64,000 nucleotides of DNA. Source: an uncultured Pelagibacteraceae bacterium. Lineage in GTDB: Bacteria > Pseudomonadota > Alphaproteobacteria > Pelagibacterales > Pelagibacteraceae. Shown here piece after piece: positions 9,953 to 19,887 of the stretch (position 1 is its first letter; every line of letters begins with the position of its first letter). The position numbers and the translations under genes are program-made. The stretch covers positions 676 through 64,675 of the forward strand of contig CACGIZ010000004.1 of assembly GCA_902573235.1 (NCBI GenBank), in the 5' to 3' direction. The notes beneath the pieces were generated by a model that saw nothing but the letters and a program-made list of their open reading frames with translations, was not told the origin of the DNA and made no database searches.

Positions 9953-10069
9953 TATTACTCCTATTAAAGTTAATTAACTCAAATAATTAAAGCATAGATT
10001 CACTTTAGAGTCTTTGTAAAAAGAAACTCAGATGTCGCAGAAATATGATTTTTACAATCTGTAGTAGAA

Positions 10070-11023
10070 TTAATTTACTTTATTTTTACAATTTCCAGTT
10101 TTAAAAAACTCATCAATATTATCTATTGCTAAGTTAGCCATCGCTATTCTGGTATCTTTAGTTGCACTCCCTAGATGAGGTAAAATAAAAGCAGATTTAA
10201 TTTTAAGATATCCAGGATTTAAATTTGGTTCATTTTTATAAACATCCAAACCAACTGCATATATCTTTCTTCTATTCAATGCATCTATTAGGGCTTCGTC
10301 ATCAACAATATCTCCTCTAGCAACATTGGTTATAATTGCTCCCTTAGGAAAAAATTCGACCGTTTCTTTATTAATCATATTTTCTGTTTCTTTTGTTGCT
10401 GGACAACAAATAGATAAAACATCAGAAACTGAAAAAAGACTTTTTATATCTTTATGGTAAACTGCTCCAAGTTCTTTTTCTTCACTCAGTTTTGATCGAT
10501 TATGATAATGAATGATCATTCCAAGCGAACGTGCTATTTTTGCAATTTTTTGGCCTATTCTTCCCATCCCTAAAATTCCTAGTCTTGTTCCAGTTAATTG
10601 TTTTCCAATTAAATAATCTGCTGACCATTTCCAGCCACCCTCTCTTGCTGACTCAATTCCTTCAGCTGCTCTTCTACACGCACCTAAAATTAAAAGAACC
10701 CCTATCTCAGCAGTTGCGTCAGACAATACCTCCGGGGTGTTAGTAACAGTTATGCCTCTTTTTTTTGCAGCTTCTAAATTAATGTTTCCAAAACCTACTG
10801 CAAAGTTAGAAATTATTTTGACAGTATCTGGAAGTTTATTGATAGTTTCTTGATCTAATTTATCTGTAAGTGATGATAAAATTCCATCACAACCTTTAGA
10901 CATTTCAATTACTTTTGACTGAGAATATAACTCATCATTTGAATTAAAAATAGGATCAAAAGTTTTTGTAGCTTTATCTTCACTTTCTTTAATCAACTTT
11001 CTTGTAATCAATATTTTTTTCAT
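10070..11023 (-). CDS. D-isomer 2-hydroxyacid dehydrogenase (glyoxylate/hydroxypyruvate reductase-like)
   Basis: GMGRIG, NVARG, LDVYKNEP, LPHLGSAT. Confidence 0.92.
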   Translation of the reverse strand: MKKILITRKLIKESEDKATKTFDPIFNSNDELYSQSKVIEMSKGCDGILSSLTDKLDQETINKLPDTVKIISNFAVGFGNINLEAAKKRGITVTNTPEVLSDATAEIGVLLILGACRRAAEGIESAREGGWKWSADYLIGKQLTGTRLGILGMGRIGQKIAKIARSLGMIIHYHNRSKLSEEKELGAVYHKDIKSLFSVSDVLSICCPATKETENMINKETVEFFPKGAIITNVARGDIVDDEALIDALNRRKIYAVGLDVYKNEPNLNPGYLKIKSAFILPHLGSATKDTRIAMANLAIDNIDEFFKTGNCKNKVN

Positions 11024-11041
11024 GAGATAGTTTTAATTTAA

Positions 11042-12415
11042 TTAATTAAGATCAAATATTTTACCAGGATTCATTATATTATTTGGATCCAAAGTTCTTT
11101 TGATTGATTTCATTACTGGAATATTATCTGGATGTTGTTCGAGCAAATATTCTTTTTTATGAAGCCCTACTCCATGCTCACCTGTTATAGTTCCATTTAG
11201 TTCTAGTGCTTTCTTGATTAATGTATCGTTAAAAGCTCTGATTTGTTTATACATTTCTTTTTTTGCAGGATCATATGGTAAAACGACATGAAAATTCCCA
11301 TCACCCATGTGACCAACCATTGGAGCTCTAACTCCAAACTTTTTTGCTTGTTCTTCTGCAAATTTTACACACTCTGTAATTTTCGAAATCGGAACACATA
11401 CATCAGTTGAGTAAACCCTTCCATTATTATGTAAAGCTTTAACAGAATAATAAACATCCCATCTCGCTTTCCATATTTTGTTTCTTTCTTCTAAATCTTT
11501 GGCCCATTTAAAAGAGCTCCCTTTGTTATCTTTTGATATTTCCTCTACAATTTTAATATTCTCTTTGTTTGATATCTCTGATCCGTGAAATTCAAAAAAC
11601 AAAGTTGGTACAGCTTCAATGTCTTTTAATTTTGAGTAATTTATACTTATACCCATTTGATCAGCATTGAGCATTTCAATTCTTGCTATTGGGACACCAT
11701 ATTGAATAACTTGTTGAGCTGTCATGACTGCATCCTCTAGAGAAGGAAAATGACAAACAGCACTCATTATGCTTTCAGGTATCGGAGATAATCTTAAATG
11801 TACTTCAGTGATAATACCCAAAGTCCCCTCTGCTCCAATAAATAAATTAGTTAAATTATAACCCGCAGATGTTTTCTTTGTTCTACCGCCTGTTTTAATG
11901 ATATCGCCATTAGGCAAGACTACTGTAAGACCTGAAATAACTGTTTTCATGGTCCCATATTTTACTGCCATTGTTCCTGAGGCTGAGGTTGAAGCCATCC
12001 CACCTAATGCAGCGTTAGCTCCTGGATCGATCGGAAAAAAAACTCCATCCTCCCTTAAATACTCGTTTAATTGTTCTTTTGTTACACAAGCTTGAACTCT
12101 GCAATCAAAATCTTCAACGTTAACACTTAAAATTTTGTTCATTTTTTCAAGACAAATAGTTATGCCATTATCATTCCCTAATACATTCCCCTCTAAAGAG
12201 GTGCCAGTTCCAAACGGCACAACTGGAATTTTGTGCTCATTACATAATTTAAGTATTTTTGAAACTTCCTCGTTGGTCTCTGGAAAAACTACTGCTTTCG
12301 ATAAAATTGGATCATAAGTATCTTCTCCTCTAGCGTAATTTCCACGGGTAGAAACTGAAGTCGAATACCTACTATTTAAAAGATTTTTTAATTCTGCTTC
12401 AACTTGTTGGTTCAT
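11042..12415 (-). CDS. FAD-linked oxidase, D-lactate dehydrogenase/GlcD family
   Basis: GTGTSLEG, PIDPGA, GAEGTLG, GHMGDGNFH, TGEHGVG, NPGK. Confidence 0.92.
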   Translation of the reverse strand: MNQQVEAELKNLLNSRYSTSVSTRGNYARGEDTYDPILSKAVVFPETNEEVSKILKLCNEHKIPVVPFGTGTSLEGNVLGNDNGITICLEKMNKILSVNVEDFDCRVQACVTKEQLNEYLREDGVFFPIDPGANAALGGMASTSASGTMAVKYGTMKTVISGLTVVLPNGDIIKTGGRTKKTSAGYNLTNLFIGAEGTLGIITEVHLRLSPIPESIMSAVCHFPSLEDAVMTAQQVIQYGVPIARIEMLNADQMGISINYSKLKDIEAVPTLFFEFHGSEISNKENIKIVEEISKDNKGSSFKWAKDLEERNKIWKARWDVYYSVKALHNNGRVYSTDVCVPISKITECVKFAEEQAKKFGVRAPMVGHMGDGNFHVVLPYDPAKKEMYKQIRAFNDTLIKKALELNGTITGEHGVGLHKKEYLLEQHPDNIPVMKSIKRTLDPNNIMNPGKIFDLN

Positions 12416-12451
12416 AAAACAATACTAATAAAAATTCTAAAAAAATACAGC

Positions 12452-13618
12452 CTATTTAGTTAGCATTTTCTTTATATTTTCTAATGCTTGAGTAATGTTA
12501 TCTCTTGATGCTGCAAAACTAAATCTAACGTAATCATTACAAGTTTTACCAAAAGCAGTTCCAGGGACTATTGCTACTCCAGCCTCATGCATCGCTTTTT
12601 TACAAAATTCAGATCCATTCATTCCTGTACCTATTACTTTTGGAAAAGCGTAAAAAGCGCCTCCAGGCAAACTACATTCTACACCAGGTAATTCATTCAA
12701 ACCTTGATGAATTAAATTTCTTCTTAAAGTAAATTTATCCAGCATATCTTTGATTGAGTCATCTGGGCCATCTAGTGCAGCTATTCCAGCATACTGTGCT
12801 GCTGCATTCACACATGATACACTGTTTATCAATAATTTGTTTACATGCTCAATAAGTTCTTTGGGCCAAAAACTCCATCCTAATCTCCAACCTGTCATCG
12901 AATAAGCTTTACTCCAGCCTTCTAACACAATTAACCTCTCCCTTAAATTTGGATAATGAAAAAAAGAAGGCATTTCTTTATAATCAAAAATTTGTCTACT
13001 ATAAATTTCATCACTTAAAATAGTAACATGCGGATGTTTTTCTAACTCCTTTGCAAAATAATCTATAACTGGTTTTTCAACAAAGCTACCTGTTGGATTA
13101 TTCGGATTAATTAAGATAAGCAATCTTGTTTTGTCAGTTATAAGAGATAAAATTTTGTCCGGATCAAATTTAAGATCTTTGTCTTCAGTCAAATCATAAG
13201 GTACAGGTGTTGATCCTGTATAGTTTATCATCGACTCATATATTGGAAATGCAGGTGTAGGATGAATAATTTCTACTCCAGGCTCACCATAGCACTGTAT
13301 GGCATAACTCATGGTTGGCTTACCACCTGGCATTATCAAAATTCTTTCAGGATCAATTTCAGTACTATAACGTTTTTTAATCCATCTTGTTACAGCTTGT
13401 CTACATTCAGGGATACCGTTTGACATGACATACCCGTGGTGACCATCATCTAAAGCTTTTTTGGCAGCCTCAACAACATGTTTTGGAGTTTTAAAGTCTG
13501 GCTGACCTAATCCTAAATGGATCATTGGTTTTCCTTGAGCCTCTAACTTTTTAGCTTCAGCTAATACCGAAAATGCAGACTCCGTTCCTAATCTATTTAA
13601 ACTTTTTGCTAATTCCAT
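12452..13618 (-). CDS. Class I/II PLP-dependent aminotransferase
   Basis: GQPDF, NPNNPTG, SDEIY, SKAYSMTGWRLG. Confidence 0.93.
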   Translation of the reverse strand: MELAKSLNRLGTESAFSVLAEAKKLEAQGKPMIHLGLGQPDFKTPKHVVEAAKKALDDGHHGYVMSNGIPECRQAVTRWIKKRYSTEIDPERILIMPGGKPTMSYAIQCYGEPGVEIIHPTPAFPIYESMINYTGSTPVPYDLTEDKDLKFDPDKILSLITDKTRLLILINPNNPTGSFVEKPVIDYFAKELEKHPHVTILSDEIYSRQIFDYKEMPSFFHYPNLRERLIVLEGWSKAYSMTGWRLGWSFWPKELIEHVNKLLINSVSCVNAAAQYAGIAALDGPDDSIKDMLDKFTLRRNLIHQGLNELPGVECSLPGGAFYAFPKVIGTGMNGSEFCKKAMHEAGVAIVPGTAFGKTCNDYVRFSFAASRDNITQALENIKKMLTK

Positions 13619-13628
13619 AAGTTATATT

Positions 13629-14786
13629 TTATTTAGAAATTCTATAAATTAATTTTGAACTATTCAACTCTTTTAAGTTCTTACATCCCATTAAAACCAT
13701 GTTTCTATTAATTTCATCGTGCATATTTTTAAGTAAATGCTCAACACCTTGTTGCCCCCCTGCGGCTAAAGAGAACAAAAACATTTTGCCGAAACTACAG
13801 GCTTTTGCACCAGCTGCGATAGCTTTTAAGACATGAGTTCCCCTTCTTACACCTCCATCTAAAATAATTTCTAATTTATCTCCTACAGCATCAGAAATTG
13901 CTTTTACTTGATCAAATGGTGACCTAGATCCATCTAATTGTCTTCCGCCATGGTTTGAAATCATTATTGCAGTGCAACCTATATCTATAGCTCTTTTTGC
14001 ATCATCTACAGACATTACTCCTTTAAGCGCAAAAGGTCCATTCCATTTCTTTACACAATACTCTGCATCTTTCCAATTCATTGCAGGATCATATTGTTCA
14101 TTAATATAATCAATTACTGATTTTGCAATATTAGTGCCCTTATCAGTTTTTGAAGCTACATTAGCTAATTTAAATTTACCATGAGTCAAATAATTAAATA
14201 CCCAACTTGGATGCAAAGCAAAACTCATCAAACTTTGTAAAGTTAACTTTGGAGGAGTTGTAAAGCCCGTTCTATGATCTCTTTCTCTATTACCAGCAAC
14301 CAATGTATCGACTGTTAAACACATCCCATCAAAACCAGATCTTCTACAACGATCAATCAAATCATCAGTTATTGATTGATCTTTGTGAACATAAAGCTGA
14401 AATAATTTTGGACCACCGGAAATATTTGAAATCTCTTCTATAGTGTTATTAGCCATTGTTGACATGCTATAAAAAGTTCCAAATTTGTCTGCTGCCTTAG
14501 CTGATGCTTTATCTCCATCATGATGATAAAGTCTTTGCATCGCGCACGGTGATAAAAAAATTGGCATATCAATTTTTTTACCAAAAATAGTTGTTGATAA
14601 GTCAGGCTTTCCAACACTAGCTAGAATATTAGGAACTAAATCACAATCATCAAAAGATTTTGTATTTCTTTTAAGAGTTATCTCATCATCTGCACCACCA
14701 TCAATATAATGAAATATTGGTGATGGTAATTTTTTTTTCGCTAGTTTTCTAAAGTCTTCAAAATTATAACAATTTTGTAAACTCAC
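13629..14786 (-). CDS. FMN-dependent alpha-hydroxy-acid dehydrogenase (LldD-like), paralog 2
   Basis: HYIDGGA, FQLY, GNRERD, SNHGGRQLD, DGGVRRG; GTG start overlaps upstream TAG. Confidence 0.93.
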   Translation of the reverse strand: MSLQNCYNFEDFRKLAKKKLPSPIFHYIDGGADDEITLKRNTKSFDDCDLVPNILASVGKPDLSTTIFGKKIDMPIFLSPCAMQRLYHHDGDKASAKAADKFGTFYSMSTMANNTIEEISNISGGPKLFQLYVHKDQSITDDLIDRCRRSGFDGMCLTVDTLVAGNRERDHRTGFTTPPKLTLQSLMSFALHPSWVFNYLTHGKFKLANVASKTDKGTNIAKSVIDYINEQYDPAMNWKDAEYCVKKWNGPFALKGVMSVDDAKRAIDIGCTAIMISNHGGRQLDGSRSPFDQVKAISDAVGDKLEIILDGGVRRGTHVLKAIAAGAKACSFGKMFLFSLAAGGQQGVEHLLKNMHDEINRNMVLMGCKNLKELNSSKLIYRISK

Positions 14787-15937
14787 TACCTTCTAAATCT
14801 TAAATTACTTCTATTTAAATCTGATATTTTTGTACAACCCATCAATTTCATATCTCGTACTAATTCAGACTTATATAATTCTAAAGCTCTTTCAACACCT
14901 GGTTGGCCTGCTGCTGCAAGTGCATAAAGATAAAGTCTGCCACCAGAACATGCTTTTGCACCAAGAGATAATGCTTTAAGCATATGTGTTCCTCTATGAA
15001 TTCCTCCTTCACATATAACATCAAGTTTATCTCCAACCGCATCAACAATTTCTGCGAGTTGATCGAATGGTGATCTTGATCCATCTAATTGTCTACCACC
15101 ATGATTTGAAACCATTATACCAGTACATCCAATATCAACTGCTTTTTTTGCATCTTCTACACTCATTATTCCTTTAAGTGCAAAATGACCTCCCCATTGA
15201 GAACAAAGTTTTTCAGCATCTTTCCAATTCATAGATTGATCTAGCATTGTTGAAAAATAATTTCCTATGGAAGAGTTTGTGCTTGTACCCTCTTTTACAA
15301 AATCTTGAAGGTGAGGAAGTTCAAACTTTCCTTTTGTTAAGTAATTTATTCCCCACATCGGTTTTACAGCAAAACTAAATAAACTAGACAGTGTCAGTCT
15401 AGGTGGCGATGTAAAACCAGTCCTTAAATCTCTTTCACGATTTCCTCCTGTAATCGTATCAACTGTTAATGCCATCACATCAAATTTTGCTGCTTTAGCT
15501 CGCTCTAGGCATGAGTCGTTAAGTCCTCTATCTTTATGAAAGTAAAACTGAAACATTTTTGGTGTATCAATCATAGAAGAAATTTCCTCAACACTAACAG
15601 TCGCTAGCGCTGAAACACCAAACATTGTATTAAATTTTTTAGCCGCTTTCCCTACAGCTCTTTCACCATCGTAATGAAAAAGTCTTTGAAGTGCAGTAGG
15701 AGATAAATAAAAAGGTAAATCTATTTTTTTACCAAATATGGTTGTTGATAAATCAACATTCTCAACACCTCTTAAAACATTTGGTACTAAATCTACATCA
15801 TCAAATGCGCTAGTATTTCTAGCATAAGTAATTTCATCATCTGCTGCACCATCTATGTAGTGAAATATTGGAGAAGGCAATTTCCTTTTTGCCAATTTTC
15901 TAAAATCACTAAAATTGTGACAATCTTTTAAGCTCAT
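14786..15937 (-). CDS. FMN-dependent alpha-hydroxy-acid dehydrogenase (LldD-like), paralog 1
   Basis: HYIDGAA, FQFY, GNRERD, SNHGGRQLD. Confidence 0.93.
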   Translation of the reverse strand: MSLKDCHNFSDFRKLAKRKLPSPIFHYIDGAADDEITYARNTSAFDDVDLVPNVLRGVENVDLSTTIFGKKIDLPFYLSPTALQRLFHYDGERAVGKAAKKFNTMFGVSALATVSVEEISSMIDTPKMFQFYFHKDRGLNDSCLERAKAAKFDVMALTVDTITGGNRERDLRTGFTSPPRLTLSSLFSFAVKPMWGINYLTKGKFELPHLQDFVKEGTSTNSSIGNYFSTMLDQSMNWKDAEKLCSQWGGHFALKGIMSVEDAKKAVDIGCTGIMVSNHGGRQLDGSRSPFDQLAEIVDAVGDKLDVICEGGIHRGTHMLKALSLGAKACSGGRLYLYALAAAGQPGVERALELYKSELVRDMKLMGCTKISDLNRSNLRFRR

Positions 15938-15946
15938 CGATAATGA

Positions 15947-16462
15947 TTAAAACTTTTTAAGGAAATTAAACATATAACTATTTGCCCCAGGATTTTTACT
16001 TCCTAAACTAGCATTGGACAGATGATTATATGAAAAACCAAACTGGCTTTCTTTTGGTAATTCTAACGATAGTTGAACCTCACTCTTAAATTCTAAAGCA
16101 TGTCCCAAATCTTTTCCATCTCCCTGGTTATAATATCCTGGTGCAAAACTTGGAGTTAAATTCAAACCACCAAGTTTGTAATGAGCTTGAACTCCAGTGT
16201 AAAAATATGATGCATTATCAGCTGTTATCATCGCTCCAGTTATAGGAGATAAATTTCCTAAAAAAGTATCTCTATTAAAGTCTTCATTTTGATGTTGAAA
16301 ACCAATCAAAGTAGATCTTTTTCCATCATCACTAAAATCAAACATTCCAGTATAGACGTTAAATTCTGTATTATTATTATTTACTTTTTTAGTCTCCTCT
16401 GCTTGTAATGAAAAAGAGAACAAAGAAAACAAAATAATAATTAGTAATTTTTTTAAATTCAT
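15947..16462 (-). CDS. PagL-like lipid A 3-O-deacylase / acyloxyacyl hydrolase outer-membrane barrel
   Basis: Signal peptide, DLGHALEFKSE, catalytic HLSNA, NPGAN, terminal Phe; ATG at 16462 preferred. Confidence 0.85.
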   Translation of the reverse strand: MNLKKLLIIILFSLFSFSLQAEETKKVNNNNTEFNVYTGMFDFSDDGKRSTLIGFQHQNEDFNRDTFLGNLSPITGAMITADNASYFYTGVQAHYKLGGLNLTPSFAPGYYNQGDGKDLGHALEFKSEVQLSLELPKESQFGFSYNHLSNASLGSKNPGANSYMFNFLKKF

Positions 16463-16474
16463 TAGCAAAATAAT

Positions 16475-16840
16475 TTAATTTTTTTTTATAATAAATAATT
16501 TAAAAATTATTGCACCCCCAATAATAAACATCAAAATTGGTAATAACCAAAGAAAATAGGTGTTTTTATTAAATTTTGGATCATACAATATCCATTCACC
16601 GTATTTTTCTTGTAGAAAATCATAAATTTGTTCCTCGCTATTACCACTTTCTAATTTCTTTTTTACTACTAACTTTAAACTATTGGCAAATTCGGAGTCT
16701 GAGTCATAAATTGATTGTCCTTGACAAATTAAACAACGAAGATTTTTTGTAATTTTATTTTCCAAATTTACATCTTGAGCATTAAGCGAATTGTAATTTA
16801 TTACAAAGAATGTGATTAATAAGTATTTAAAAAGTTTCAT
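16475..16840 (-). CDS. ccmH: Cytochrome c maturation protein CcmH (CycL-type)
   Basis: LRCLICQGQSI, YGEWILYDP. Confidence 0.93.
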   Translation of the reverse strand: MKLFKYLLITFFVINYNSLNAQDVNLENKITKNLRCLICQGQSIYDSDSEFANSLKLVVKKKLESGNSEEQIYDFLQEKYGEWILYDPKFNKNTYFLWLLPILMFIIGGAIIFKLFIIKKN

Positions 16841-17355
16841 TTTATAATTTCTTTAATTTCTAAAATAGAATTTTCGTTTAGTGGGCCAATTATTTTTTTT
16901 ACAATTTTTTTATTATGGATTAAAAAAGTTTCTGGAACACCATATGCACCCCATTCAATAGCTATAGTACCATCTAAATCTTTTAGAATAATTTTATATG
17001 GACTTTTTAAATCATCTAAAAATTTTTTTGCCTTCAGATGATTATCTTTATAATTCAGTCCTATTATATCGATTAATTTTTCTTTATGTAAATTCATTAA
17101 AAACTTATGTTCTTCTCTGCATGGAATACACCAAGAAGCCCATATATTTAATAAATAGAATTTATCATTTAAAAAAATATCTTTAGAATTTATAGTTTTA
17201 TTATTTTCAAAATCTTTTGCTTGAAATTTTGGTATATTTATTTGAGATTTAACATCAGGAGTATAAATATTTGAATTTTTTAAACCTTTATAAAAAACAA
17301 AAAAAATTATTGAAAAAACAAATATCAAAAAAATTGGATAAATCTTAGTTTTCAT
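16837..17355 (-). CDS. ccmG: Thiol-disulfide oxidoreductase CcmG/DsbE
   Basis: WASWCIPCREEH, GVPETF. Confidence 0.94.
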   Translation of the reverse strand: MKTKIYPIFLIFVFSIIFFVFYKGLKNSNIYTPDVKSQINIPKFQAKDFENNKTINSKDIFLNDKFYLLNIWASWCIPCREEHKFLMNLHKEKLIDIIGLNYKDNHLKAKKFLDDLKSPYKIILKDLDGTIAIEWGAYGVPETFLIHNKKIVKKIIGPLNENSILEIKEIIK

Positions 17356-19222
17356 ATTTTTTTTTGAATAAACTAATTAAACCTCCAAAACAAATTAATA
17401 TTACTGAAATCCAAATCCAAACCATAAAAGGTTTAATTTGATATCTAATATTAAAATATTCTTGGTTTTGAACAAAATTCATAGTCATAAATTTGTCGGT
17501 TAATAAATTTGTTTTTATATCAGCTTCGCTAGTAACAATATTTGGCTGATTGTAAATTCTTAATTCAGGGCTCATAATTAAGTTACTACCTTTTGAGTCA
17601 ATAACTTCAAATTTTCCAATAATTGCTTTGTAATTTTGTTCATCTTTTTGATTTATATCTTTAAAGCTAATTTTAAATTTATCAGAAACAAATGTTTCAC
17701 CAATTTTTAAGTTGGTAATTATTTCATTGGAAAAAATGTTATTAAATAGAATGCTTAATATTAATAAACTAAATCCAAAATGAGCAATATTTTGAGATAA
17801 ATTGTTAAATTTTTTTTTGAAAAAGTCTCTTATTGTTATAAAAAATAAGAAAAATGCAGCAGTTAATAAGATTGTATTTGTAAAAAAATTAATACTTAAA
17901 TTTTTTACAATTAACACTGTTAATATAAAAGAAATTATCAAGAACAAAATCAAATATAATTTATTTTTTAAATTTGACTTAATCCATTTTAATTGTGGAC
18001 CTATCGCCATAAATATTAAAAATGGAATTAAAAAAGGTATAATTAGTTTATGAAAAAAAGGTGGACCAACAGATATTTTTTCTGAAGTTATAACCTCTAA
18101 AAAAATTGGATAAACAGTACCAATTAAAACAACTATTAGAAAATACATCATAAACCAATTATTTATTAAAATTGCAGTTTCTTTACTTACCCAATTTAAA
18201 TTAATTAGAGTTTTGTTTTCATTTTTATGGAAAAAGAAAAAAACAAAAAATGATAAAAATATTAAAATAAATAAAAAGATTAAGATAAACAACCCTCTTT
18301 CAGGATCATTTGCGAATGTATGAACTGAATTCAAAATTCCTGATCTTACCAGAAAAGTACCACACATACTTAGTGCAAAAGTTGTTATTGATAAAATAAT
18401 AGCCCAAGAATTTAGAATATTTCTTTTTTCTAAAACTAAAATGCAATGTAATAATGTTGTCAAACTTAACCATGGCATCAATGAAACATTTTCAACTGGA
18501 TCCCAAAACCAAAAACCACCCCAGCCTAACTCGTAATAAGCCCAAATAGAACCTAATAAAATTCCTAGTGTTAAAAAAATCCAAGAAATAAATACCCAGT
18601 TCTTAATATGTTTTGCCCAGTCTTTCGAAATATAATTTAATGTAACTCCGGCAAGTGCAGAGGAAAAAATAATTGATGATCCAACATAACCTAAATATAA
18701 AACTGGCGGATGAATAGCTAAGGCGGGATCTTGTAGAATTGGATTTAAGCCCAATCCTTCTTTTGGAATTGGTGTAATATAGTTAAATGGATTAGACGTT
18801 TTTATTAAAAAAACAAAAAAACCAATTATAATTATTTCCTGGAACAATAATGTCAAAATTCTATAACTCTTTTTTTGTTCTACAGATTTTAATAAAAATA
18901 AGTAAATAAATAAGGTCAATACAAGCAACCAAAGTAATAAACTTCCCTCATGGTTTCCCCATGTACCTGAAATTTTATAAAATAGTGGTTTTGTTGTATG
19001 GGAATGATTAAAAACAGTTTCATTACTGAAGTCAGAGACAACAAAAGAAATAATTAATCCAAAAAAGCTTATAACTACAAAAAAAAATTGAAAAAAGGTA
19101 AATGATAAAATTCTTTTATCTAAAATTTTTGTATCGTTAAAATTTATTATTGAAAAATAAATTATTAAAAAAGAACAAAAAAAACCAGAGAGTAAGGAAT
19201 AATAACCTACTAAACTTGCCAA
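17345..19222 (-). CDS. ccmF: Heme lyase CcmF
   Basis: WGNHEGS, GLNPILQ, WGGFWFWDPVEN, SVHTF. Confidence 0.96.
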   Translation of the reverse strand: MASLVGYYSLLSGFFCSFLIIYFSIINFNDTKILDKRILSFTFFQFFFVVISFFGLIISFVVSDFSNETVFNHSHTTKPLFYKISGTWGNHEGSLLLWLLVLTLFIYLFLLKSVEQKKSYRILTLLFQEIIIIGFFVFLIKTSNPFNYITPIPKEGLGLNPILQDPALAIHPPVLYLGYVGSSIIFSSALAGVTLNYISKDWAKHIKNWVFISWIFLTLGILLGSIWAYYELGWGGFWFWDPVENVSLMPWLSLTTLLHCILVLEKRNILNSWAIILSITTFALSMCGTFLVRSGILNSVHTFANDPERGLFILIFLFILIFLSFFVFFFFHKNENKTLINLNWVSKETAILINNWFMMYFLIVVLIGTVYPIFLEVITSEKISVGPPFFHKLIIPFLIPFLIFMAIGPQLKWIKSNLKNKLYLILFLIISFILTVLIVKNLSINFFTNTILLTAAFFLFFITIRDFFKKKFNNLSQNIAHFGFSLLILSILFNNIFSNEIITNLKIGETFVSDKFKISFKDINQKDEQNYKAIIGKFEVIDSKGSNLIMSPELRIYNQPNIVTSEADIKTNLLTDKFMTMNFVQNQEYFNIRYQIKPFMVWIWISVILICFGGLISLFKKKYEN

Positions 19223-19225
19223 AAT

Positions 19226-19645
19226 CTATTTCTCCTCTAATGCTTTCTTTACCTCAGGGGGCATATAATTTTCATCATGTTTTGCTAAAATTTTAGTTGC
19301 TGAAAAAAAACTTCTATCTTTTAGAAAACCTTCTGCAACTACTCCTTTACCTTCAGCAAATAGGTTAGGGATTACACCAGAATAAACTACGTTAATTTCG
19401 TTTTTAAAATCAGTAACAACAAATTTTAATTTTTTTTCTTCTATCAAAATTGAATTTTCTTTCACCATCCCACCAATTCTTATTTTATTATTATTAATTT
19501 CCGATAAAATTTTTATTTCAGTCGGAGATTTAAAATATACAACATTTTCTTCAAGTGATTTAAGAATTAGAAAAATTGATAGTGATAAGATTGTTAAAAT
19601 TAAAAATACAAAAAAAAATCTTAATTTAACTTTACGACCGTACAT
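19226..19645 (-). CDS. ccmE: Heme chaperone CcmE
   Basis: [18 protein letters not shown]. Confidence 0.96.
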   Translation of the reverse strand: MYGRKVKLRFFFVFLILTILSLSIFLILKSLEENVVYFKSPTEIKILSEINNNKIRIGGMVKENSILIEEKKLKFVVTDFKNEINVVYSGVIPNLFAEGKGVVAEGFLKDRSFFSATKILAKHDENYMPPEVKKALEEK

Positions 19646-19659
19646 GGTTTAAAAGAAAG

Positions 19660-19887
19660 TTAGATAGTTGAAGTATTAGATAATATCTCTTTATTGATAC
19701 TTTGAGATTTTGCAACTTTTGCTCTTTCAGAATTTAAAGCTCCAAATTTAGCAATAAATTTTTTCTTTTCTTTAATGTATTGAATTTTGATAACTACATA
19801 TAGTAAAGTAAAATTTAATAAAGTGAATGCGAAAGCAGACCAAACGTATAATCCATATCCATTCATTGTTAAAATTTCGCTTATCAT
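19660..19887 (-). CDS. ccmD: Heme exporter protein CcmD
   Basis: MNGYGLYVWSAF motif, single TM, between ccmC and ccmE. Confidence 0.88.
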   Translation of the reverse strand: MISEILTMNGYGLYVWSAFAFTLLNFTLLYVVIKIQYIKEKKKFIAKFGALNSERAKVAKSQSINKEILSNTSTI

